Shown one piece after another: positions 56,515-64,000 of a DNA stretch of 64,000 bases (positions are counted from its first letter, which is position 1; the number at the start of each line of letters is the position of its first letter). The stretch lies in IMG/VR virus record IMGVR_UViG_3300030329_004627; one strand, written 5' to 3'. The translations under genes and the position numbers were made by a program. This stretch comes from an uncultured virus (IMG/VR IMGVR_UViG_3300030329_004627). Taxonomy: Duplodnaviria > Heunggongvirae > Uroviricota > Caudoviricetes. The notes below the pieces were generated by a model, which was given only the letters and a program-made list of their open reading frames with translations, did not search any database and was not told the origin of the DNA.

Positions 56515-58830
56515 ATGGGAGTTCCAACGAAAAATCTAAGTCATTTTAAAGCTACACGATTCACCCCCGCAGGCTTGAGTGAGTCGTGGCGCGGCGCTTT
56601 TGTTCCCACTGGCGATGCGTATGCCAATGCGGGTATGAAAATAACTTTTGTTATGGAAGCCGCAAATGGCGCAGGAGAACAGAAAAGCGTAGATTTTAAG
56701 GCTTTTATAACGGACTATAATGAATCTTTCAGCTCGGAGTGGAAAACGGAGAGTGTTTACGGAAGAATTGATCCTATAGGGATTTTTTCACAAACCAAAC
56801 GAACCTGTACGCTTAGTTTTAAGATACCAGCTTCCACTACGGGCGAGGGTTTTGAAAATATGTATCGCGTTGATATGTTGCGTAGTTTCCTTTATCCTAG
56901 TTACACGCGAACCGATCGGAATCACGTTATAACGCTGAGTCAAAATCCGCTGGTGCGAATTCGAGTGATGAATCTTCTTACGGACGGAAAGCGGACGGCG
57001 CCTTACCAAGCTTTTTTTGGAGGTGCCCCTGGGCAGACTGCCGGCTTGGATTATTCAAAGCGCCGAGGAGTGCTGTGTGCTGTGCGCAATATGAATGTGA
57101 GCTTTAATTTGGAAAATGGTGAGGTAGGCGTTTTTGAATCGGGCCCAGGAAGCACATCGAGGCCAATCCCGGGCGTTACCGAAACCCACAGGATTACTCC
57201 CCCCAGTCAGACGCAGGGCATGGGAATCGTGCCTAAGCTGATAGAGGTGAATATGACGTTTGATGTAATCCATGAAATGTTCATAGGGTGGGATGCCGAA
57301 ACAAATGGCGCCCCTGGCGTATATGGTTGTGATTTTGAAAATTCTACAATGGGCGGGGGAGGAGCTGGCATCGCTGAAAAAGGAACTTCTGGCCAGGGGG
57401 GTTCCACGAAGGTAGCCGTACCAACCAAAACAACGCCCAAGACTAGTGGTGATCCATCGACAGGGGGCCCCAAGCCGCCGGCAGAAAAACCAAAACCGTC
57501 CGTCACCAAAACAGCTGATGGAGCCAGCAGTACTTCGAAGGTGATCAAAAACATACCCACCGCGCAAGATCCCACAGGCACTAAACCTGCCTATTGTCAA
57601 GGGAGCGCCGGCTCTTCTAGCACTGGCCGCAAACAACGAGAGAAGAAACGTTGGCGGTGGGGAACGCCCATCACTGAAGATTATTCATGGCGCTGGGGAG
57701 TAATTGGGATTGAAAAGCCCCCCACACGAATAATACTGGATTCTCGCAGTGAGCCTTTGGACAAGACACGTATCGATGATGCTGGCCATCACTACACAAT
57801 GACACAGGTATATGCGGAATGGTCGCCTGATGAATGGGAAGAATGGGCAGTAACCGATTATCACGAAAGCCGTTGGCCAGTTAAAGTTATCGAATGGCAG
57901 ATGGAAACCGATCCATCTTCTAAAAATTACGGAGAATATAGAATTGCTCATGAGAAATGTAGAATGATGCGGATGTCCACCATTATGGAGCAGTATGGCC
58001 CAGATGTTCCCCGATATGCCTCCGATGCCAGCATTGTAATGGATAATGGCGAGCGTCCCATGTCCATGTATATTGCGGGCACCCAACCGGCTCAAGACTA
58101 TCCATGGCAAATACCCGAAACACCAACGGTTGTTCCCAATATAATTCGTTCTCACATGCATGGACGAAGCTTGGACGAAGAAGATGCGATCAGGCGCATG
58201 TATTACACAGGATGGGGCGATGACTGGTATGATATTCCGGAGCATAGCGGCTGGAATCGTGACGCCCCCACTAGCTTTGGCCCCACTGATAATCCTGAAA
58301 TATATCGCGAGGTCATGTCTTATGGGGATCCCGACGACGAAACCCGCACGGGCGCCGAAGTCCCGGCGGATCCCGCGCCAGGAGCCTATGGAAGCCTCCG
58401 CCATTCTCATGATCATGGGGAAGATTCTGATAGCACCGCGGCTAGCGATCCGGAGTCCAGCCGCGTGAGGAGCCTTATCCCCCCATCGGGACTTCCGGTA
58501 GGCGACGGTCAGAGCGCCGAAGATCTGGCAGCTATTATGGCGTATGGCCAATGGGATCCCAATCAGGTCGCCAAGCGCCAAAGGACCGCCGCGGCAGCAG
58601 ACGTTCGCGGTGAATCGGAAGGTACCAACTTGCGCTGGGATGGCACCCAAAAGCAGTGGCGCCAGCGCTGTAGAGAAAGCGGCCTTAAGAATTGTTATGG
58701 CCCACGCGCTCATAAAAAGATGCAAAGAAGCGGCGCCAAGACCACCGCCGAATGGAACGCTAAAGGCTCGGGAGATTTGACCGAATCAGTCGACGGCGCA
58801 GGTATTGACGTGATCCGCGAGGATATGTAA
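56515..58830 (+). CDS. Paralogous tube-initiator-like protein with ~490-aa C-terminal extension
   Basis: Likely ATG 56515 after GGAGG. N-terminal ~280 aa closely similar to 54968. TCTAGTTA motif variant at 56492. Confidence 0.65.
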   Translation: MGVPTKNLSHFKATRFTPAGLSESWRGAFVPTGDAYANAGMKITFVMEAANGAGEQKSVDFKAFITDYNESFSSEWKTESVYGRIDPIGIFSQTKRTCTLSFKIPASTTGEGFENMYRVDMLRSFLYPSYTRTDRNHVITLSQNPLVRIRVMNLLTDGKRTAPYQAFFGGAPGQTAGLDYSKRRGVLCAVRNMNVSFNLENGEVGVFESGPGSTSRPIPGVTETHRITPPSQTQGMGIVPKLIEVNMTFDVIHEMFIGWDAETNGAPGVYGCDFENSTMGGGGAGIAEKGTSGQGGSTKVAVPTKTTPKTSGDPSTGGPKPPAEKPKPSVTKTADGASSTSKVIKNIPTAQDPTGTKPAYCQGSAGSSSTGRKQREKKRWRWGTPITEDYSWRWGVIGIEKPPTRIILDSRSEPLDKTRIDDAGHHYTMTQVYAEWSPDEWEEWAVTDYHESRWPVKVIEWQMETDPSSKNYGEYRIAHEKCRMMRMSTIMEQYGPDVPRYASDASIVMDNGERPMSMYIAGTQPAQDYPWQIPETPTVVPNIIRSHMHGRSLDEEDAIRRMYYTGWGDDWYDIPEHSGWNRDAPTSFGPTDNPEIYREVMSYGDPDDETRTGAEVPADPAPGAYGSLRHSHDHGEDSDSTAASDPESSRVRSLIPPSGLPVGDGQSAEDLAAIMAYGQWDPNQVAKRQRTAAAADVRGESEGTNLRWDGTQKQWRQRCRESGLKNCYGPRAHKKMQRSGAKTTAEWNAKGSGDLTESVDGAGIDVIREDM

Positions 58831-58903
58831 AGAGAGATTTTGCTCAACAGAGGAAAAGAATTCTAATTCATTTTGATACTACTTATAAGAAGGAGCCTTA
58901 CAA

Positions 58904-59200
58904 ATGCCACGTTATAAAGGACACCGGATTATCTCTACTGCTGGAGTGACATTCTACGACACTCTACAGCTAAGAAACCCTTCCCTTGCGGATCGCACAA
59001 TGCTCAATACAACTAATCATATTTGGGCCTATGGAGATCGGTATTATAAATTAGCCTACCAGATGTATGGGCGCCCAGATTATTGGTGGGTTATAGCATG
59101 GTGGAACGCTCGCCCCACTGAGGCTGATTTAAGCCCGGGAGATGTTATTGTCATTCCTATAAATTTGGAAGATGCATTGCGCGCTTTAGGGGCATATTAA
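58904..59200 (+). CDS. LysM-like baseplate wedge protein (gp53/tail-X-like)
   Basis: GDRYYKLAYQMYGRPDYWWVIAWWN...LSPGDVIVIP. ACTACTTA at 58878-58885 and AAGGAG RBS. Confidence 0.8.
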   Translation: MPRYKGHRIISTAGVTFYDTLQLRNPSLADRTMLNTTNHIWAYGDRYYKLAYQMYGRPDYWWVIAWWNARPTEADLSPGDVIVIPINLEDALRALGAY

Positions 59201-59201
59201 T

Positions 59202-62200
59202 ATGGGCGGCAATCCTCTTTATACAGCCGAGGGTCAGGCCGAACTCCAGCGCGCTGCCGCGGAAATCACTTCGACCGCTGGAGGCCTGCCAACGAGCCCT
59301 TTTCCTGAGCGTAAAGATTATAACGCGGCCGCGGGCTACTTTTACGCCGGCGAAGTTACATACTCAGCCACAACCGAAACATATACAGTCGTCCATCCAG
59401 GAGACGCGCTGCTCACGGCCGAGAGAGCGAAGCAGCTGAACGGTAGCAAGTGCTTGACACCTCGCGGAAGCACTAGTTGCGGCCCTGACCCGTATAAAAA
59501 CTGGAAAAAGAACCAGCCGATTCCTAAAGAGTTTTGGCCTCAAGAATGGATCGATGCTAAAGAAAAAGGAGATAAAGCATGGAAGACCGACATGCTGGCT
59601 TGGACCGCCAAAGCAGAAGTCATAGCACATGGAGGCTCTAAATTATCAGATTACATTACGGCATTTGATAGCATAGATATAGAAGGCATTATCGGCACAA
59701 AATATCGAGAAGCTGTTGTCATGATGCAAAAACAAGCTAATCTTTATGCCGATGCCTCGACGGCATTGCGAGAAGCATGGGTAACACACACGTTGCCGGC
59801 TACTCAACTCAGCAGCGTGGCCCGAAAGCCGGCCAGGGGCCAATCCAATGCGATGTATAACTTGGCCACAGCAGGACAGCACGCAGGTAACGTTTTTCGC
59901 AAGCCTGAAAGCGGGATGACCAACACACCTTTTATTCAAACTGTCGATCTCCCGGATTCCGACATCCAAAAAGGCGGCGTGAGCAATAGCTCCAACAAAC
60001 ATAGATTTGTACAGATAATGTCGCAGCCGCACCGCGACATGGGAGTCGATGGTCTTAATATTTGCGATGTTCGCAGCGGCGGCATTCTTAACGCAGAAGG
60101 GCCACGCTTCACCCAGGCCATGCATGACGGCCAAGAGCGGTCATGGATATACGGAAGAACTATGAGCGACTACGATAGCAAGCGCGGCTCTAAATTCGGA
60201 CTCGGCTTCCTGGCGCCCCCTTCGTCCGACGACCCTTCCAGCTTCTCCTTCGAGGACGCCAACCAGAATGGCAAAACCGCACGGATAGTTCCTGGCGATG
60301 TAGCAAAGCAAGGAGTATTTTTAGAACCTTATCACCCGATTCCAAGCGACAAGAAGGAGAGCGAAGTTACTCGCGACAGCCCCAATGGCCGCGAAATAGC
60401 ATATTACAAGTTTCTCTTCAATTATTATGTTTCGCTTATGGCATGCCAGACTCTTCAAAGTACAGGTATAATTGATAAATTTTTTGTGCAGAAATTTAGA
60501 GAGCGTGTGCCGCAATCAGTACGGTGGCTTAAGACATATGCGGTTAAAGATAAAAATCTTATGGACGGATATACCTCTCCTGCTTCTGTGGCTCCTGTTC
60601 GAACTGATGTATACGGAGATTATAGCGGCGACGGACGTTTAGGGGAGCCGATTCCGCCGTGGAGCTTGCACACCATGATAGATGGGGTATATTGGCTAGA
60701 ATGGAGCCAAGAGCAAAACAGCGCCCCCGCAGGCGCCGAAGGTCGAAAAGAGTATCACGCGGCCCAGCGCGCCGGCACAACAGACATCCAACGGGAAGGT
60801 GACGCGTTAGGGCAGTTTTTTACATCTGAGAGGAAATGGGCCGCCAAGATCGAGAAGGCAGCTGACCCGGAAATGGGAGGGTGGAAGTTCTTAGATATTT
60901 TTCAAGCTGCCATAGGGGATCAATCTCAAATTAACCTTACTCCTGCTTCCGCGTGGCTCACGGACCGGTCAACGCGCGTCGGATACGCCGGTGTGACCGA
61001 TCGATCGGCTGGTGACACGAGACCCATGTACGCCACATCTCGCGACCCGAAAATTGGCCTGGGCGAAGTCGATCCTTTTACGCGTCCTTATTCGAGCATT
61101 GCAGAAGTTCAAGGCGCCGAACGCCCAAAACAGCACCGGAGAATTTATTGGGATCGCGATGCTGCGAATGCTATGGCCGCGGTAAAGAAGGGCGAATCAA
61201 AGGGAGATCACGTCTCCGACGAAACCTTGGCGCGCCAGCACGGCTCCACCGCAGTCACCACCCAGCATTCGCTGTGGAAATACGAGCGAAGCAGTGAGCA
61301 TGAGCGTTACGGTGCCCCCACTAATTTAGCTCTTTTGAATGAAAATGGAGTTTTGTATAGCACGATTAGAGAGCTGGGGGACAAGATTATAGAGTTGACA
61401 GGGGGAGAATTGGTGGAACAAGATAGGGCGTCTATCACCGCTATTAAGCGTTTTGCCGCTAGCGCTGGCGTACACACTAATAAGATGCGCAACTCTTTAT
61501 TAGCAATTTCTGCCGCGTATAATACCATTGAAGACGCAGCAGACGAATTAACTGAGAAAATAGACGCGGCCCGGGCAGCTGCTGGCCTGCCTCCTGCCGA
61601 GGAGAGTGCTTTGGTTGACGCCTTAATGGCTGACAGCCTAGGCGTCCTTGAGGAGCTTCAGCTCAGCATCAAAGATATGACTGCGGCCTATTATTCTAAT
61701 AACCCAGAAAAAGCCTTTTTCAAGGAGCAGTGTTATCTTCTTACTAATATTCAAAGCATCACACAGTATAAAAAACACGTTGTAGACGCATTCAGATATA
61801 AGTGGCAAATAACTGATAGTGACTATCTTAAGGCTAAATGGCCCTCGACCAGCGAGGAAACGGGCAAAGAAACGATGATGTATACGGAGGCCTTAGCTCA
61901 ATATGAAGTGCAGCGAGAAATTGAAGCCGGTCGCTTGTGGGATGACGTCGACCCGGGTGACAGCCTCTTGGTCGGTGGTGAAGATAGAATGATCAAGGCA
62001 ACACATATTCGAGAAATGCAAGCGAATCCGAGGTATGCCGGCGTCTCGAAGCACCTAGAGAGACTTCGACAGCTGTCGGGAAAACAATTCGGACCCGAGT
62101 TAATGAAAGAATATAATTATGCCCCGGCCGGCGGCGAAGGTTTAAATAAAAAGCTTCTTCCCTATGTAGGGTACCAAGGAGATCTGGCCGCTAAATACGG

Positions 62201-64000
62201 CTTTGAGCAATATAATAGCTCGCTCATGATCGACGGGGATCCATATGGGTTTTTAAATCGCCTTTTGCTTTCTCACTATCAAAAATCTCTTCATAATATT
62301 GATCATAAAGTAATCTCTTTGCTACAGCCTTATGTTAGACTATGGAAGGTGACTTTTGATGAGAACGCCAACGAAGTAGACACCGAAGTTAAATTTGATG
62401 CTTATCGCACAGAAAAAGAAGATCTCCTTTTTCAGAAAAGGAAGCTGCGCAATACAGGTGTGGGACTTAAACATTTTCAATTTACTTATGACGGCAGTAA
62501 TCCTTTCGGCGCCAAGAAAAGCATTAAAGGACAACTTAAGATTTTTTCTAATACTTTTGATGAGTTATTGATAGATCGTAACGGCTATAAATATGTTGAT
62601 TTAGCTTTGAAGACGAGCAACACTCCCACTTTGAAAGCCGTACGGCGTGAAAATGAAGATCTTGCGAAGCTTAATTTTCGTCTTAAGGCGCAAGTAGGGT
62701 GGACTCCCCCGAGCAATGAAACACTTCAGCGATTGCGCCTTACACAAACAGAGGCTAGTGAACTGATTGACACGCTGCTGGATTCGATCGTTACTTTAAA
62801 CTTGACCCCCACTATTCATGATTTTGGAATAGATGAATTAGGAAGGGTTGATTTTACCATTAATTACTTAGCCTACGTAGAGGAACTATATGATACGGGC
62901 AAGTTTAATGTATTCAGCGAGGCCACTGTCGCCGCGGGGCGCTATGTGCGCGCCTTGCAGATGAAGGAGGCCAAGCAAAACTGTAAAGACGAGGCTCTTG
63001 AAAAACTTAAAGAAGCGCATGCGCTGGCTGCGGATAACGAAGTGGCTGATAGTATTTCTCATCTTATTGGTCGGATGATTAAGCTTGACCGCATCTATTA
63101 CATGCCGGTGGACGGGCACACTATCCGCGAATTCATTAGCCGCGGCCCCTTCGCCACTGGATTCACAGTTCCCCAGGTACCGGTATTAAACTCTCGGGAA
63201 AAAGCCAGCTATGATGCCAAAGTAATAGACGAGGCTCTCGACAAATATAGAGATCACAGCAGCAGCGGCAATACGGGAGACGTACCTATTGGAGAGGAGG
63301 AGATAAAGATTACTCAAGGATTGGCCACCATGGACCTGAGCCGAGAAGTGCTCTCTTTCTTCTATTTTTCGGATTTAGTCGACACTCTTCTCTCCAATAT
63401 TGAGCAAGAACTAGAAAAAATTCCCGAAGCTCTTGCGAGCTATGCGAGTGCCGGCGGCGTTTATAATAAAGAAGACTTAGAATCGACCGTAAAAGAATAC
63501 CAGCGTTATCAGAAGGCTTTTCGAAAAATAAGATTTCTTTTAGGCCCTCTAGAGCTGGTTCATCCGGCAAAAGGAAAAAGTGTTTTTATTAATTTGGGGG
63601 ACGTCCCTATTTCTGTAAAATATTTCATAGAATGGCTCACGAGCACGATGTTAAAGCGAAATAGTTCTTATTTTTCTTTAACTGCTTTCATGAACAAATT
63701 TGTTAATGAGCTGTTGCGTAAATTTTTAAATAATGACGATTGTTTTGGATACAATATTCGTCAAAATGTTCGCTTAAATCAGAGCGTATATACTGGCCCC
63801 CAAGATATCTCAAATCGTAGCGCGCGCGAACGAGCTTATGTAGCAGATGGATTTGTGAAAGATCCGATAACCCAAACGTATCTTAAGCCCATGGGCGCTC
63901 GGGGAGAATCGCGAAGAATGAATATTCGCAATATGCCATCCCCAGTACTCAGAGATAAAGATCGCCCTAGTGCTCTCTCCACGATTCCTAGCTATGATGA
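59202..64000 (+). CDS. Very large protein (about 1,600 aa in window, 3'-truncated), probable baseplate hub-associated
   Basis: ATG 59202 (MGGNPLYTAEGQAE...). The parts I translated (start, ~62.3-62.9 kb, end) are open in this frame, and the track lists no completed plus-strand ORF here. From ~62.2 kb: SLLQPYVRLWKV, GVGLKHFQFTYDG, FRLKAQVGW, IHDFGIDELGRVDFTINYLAY, suggestive of a hub-type beta fold. Confidence 0.7.
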   Translation, partial: MGGNPLYTAEGQAELQRAAAEITSTAGGLPTSPFPERKDYNAAAGYFYAGEVTYSATTETYTVVHPGDALLTAERAKQLNGSKCLTPRGSTSCGPDPYKNWKKNQPIPKEFWPQEWIDAKEKGDKAWKTDMLAWTAKAEVIAHGGSKLSDYITAFDSIDIEGIIGTKYREAVVMMQKQANLYADASTALREAWVTHTLPATQLSSVARKPARGQSNAMYNLATAGQHAGNVFRKPESGMTNTPFIQTVDLPDSDIQKGGVSNSSNKHRFVQIMSQPHRDMGVDGLNICDVRSGGILNAEGPRFTQAMHDGQERSWIYGRTMSDYDSKRGSKFGLGFLAPPSSDDPSSFSFEDANQNGKTARIVPGDVAKQGVFLEPYHPIPSDKKESEVTRDSPNGREIAYYKFLFNYYVSLMACQTLQSTGIIDKFFVQKFRERVPQSVRWLKTYAVKDKNLMDGYTSPASVAPVRTDVYGDYSGDGRLGEPIPPWSLHTMIDGVYWLEWSQEQNSAPAGAEGRKEYHAAQRAGTTDIQREGDALGQFFTSERKWAAKIEKAADPEMGGWKFLDIFQAAIGDQSQINLTPASAWLTDRSTRVGYAGVTDRSAGDTRPMYATSRDPKIGLGEVDPFTRPYSSIAEVQGAERPKQHRRIYWDRDAANAMAAVKKGESKGDHVSDETLARQHGSTAVTTQHSLWKYERSSEHERYGAPTNLALLNENGVLYSTIRELGDKIIELTGGELVEQDRASITAIKRFAASAGVHTNKMRNSLLAISAAYNTIEDAADELTEKIDAARAAAGLPPAEESALVDALMADSLGVLEELQLSIKDMTAAYYSNNPEKAFFKEQCYLLTNIQSITQYKKHVVDAFRYKWQITDSDYLKAKWPSTSEETGKETMMYTEALAQYEVQREIEAGRLWDDVDPGDSLLVGGEDRMIKATHIREMQANPRYAGVSKHLERLRQLSGKQFGPELMKEYNYAPAGGEGLNKKLLPYVGYQGDLAAKYGFEQYNSSLMIDGDPYGFLNRLLLSHYQKSLHNIDHKVISLLQPYVRLWKVTFDENANEVDTEVKFDAYRTEKEDLLFQKRKLRNTGVGLKHFQFTYDGSNPFGAKKSIKGQLKIFSNTFDELLIDRNGYKYVDLALKTSNTPTLKAVRRENEDLAKLNFRLKAQVGWTPPSNETLQRLRLTQTEASELIDTLLDSIVTLNLTPTIHDFGIDELGRVDFTINYLAYVEELYDTGKFNVFSEATVAAGRYVRALQMKEAKQNCKDEALEKLKEAHALAADNEVADSISHLIGRMIKLDRIYYMPVDGHTIREFISRGPFATGFTVPQVPVLNSREKASYDAKVIDEALDKYRDHSSSGNTGDVPIGEEEIKITQGLATMDLSREVLSFFYFSDLVDTLLSNIEQELEKIPEALASYASAGGVYNKEDLESTVKEYQRYQKAFRKIRFLLGPLELVHPAKGKSVFINLGDVPISVKYFIEWLTSTMLKRNSSYFSLTAFMNKFVNELLRKFLNNDDCFGYNIRQNVRLNQSVYTGPQDISNRSARERAYVADGFVKDPITQTYLKPMGARGESRRMNIRNMPSPVLRDKDRPSALSTIPSYD

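Noticed and set aside
55292..56870. Similar segments in the two tube-initiator genes as a DGR template/variable pair
   Set aside because: Mismatches are not adenine-specific, both copies are coding, and no reverse transcriptase is present.
1..64000. Minus-strand and nested ORFs in the track (e.g. 57685-58725, 53877-54665, 34228-34797)
   Set aside because: They lie opposite or within convincing plus-strand genes, lack recognisable motifs, and are expected shadows in GC-richer coding DNA.
1..64000. Stop-codon reassignment, as in some large phages
   Set aside because: Core genes are intact under code 11, and TAA, TAG and TGA all serve as plausible stops followed by new starts.

Overview
This window is a contiguous, all plus-strand piece of a large T4-superfamily-like myovirus (jumbo/huge phage) genome. 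It holds most of the virion morphogenesis module: putative baseplate/fibre genes (1-15.9 kb), large terminase, portal, prohead protease, scaffold, gp23-type major capsid protein, neck proteins, tail sheath, tube, chaperone(s), tape measure and baseplate genes. Embedded among these are a RuvC-like resolvase, a primase, a single-chain Mre11-Rad50 (SbcD-SbcC) fusion, a tubulin/FtsZ-family GTPase beside holin/spanin-like genes, and a phage ribosomal protein bS21. The most interesting signal is a dispersed set of unrelated small proteins that all start with the same amphipathic leader (MK[ILV]TK[ST]QLK[QR]IIKEEL...[LI]xE), ending in a T4-gp21-type cleavage motif. I infer a modular 'capsid-targeting leader + swappable cargo' system. 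One such gene is flanked by a 34-bp duplication of the Rad50 3' end, as if recently inserted. Also seen: a recurring ACTA[T/C]TTA putative late promoter, a T7 slippery site joining two tail-chaperone ORFs, duplicated tube-initiator-like genes with unrelated long extensions, and a ~1,600-codon ORF running off the right end that the ORF track omits. I saw no tRNA, rRNA, CRISPR array or transposase. All calls come from reading motifs by eye; no searches were run.
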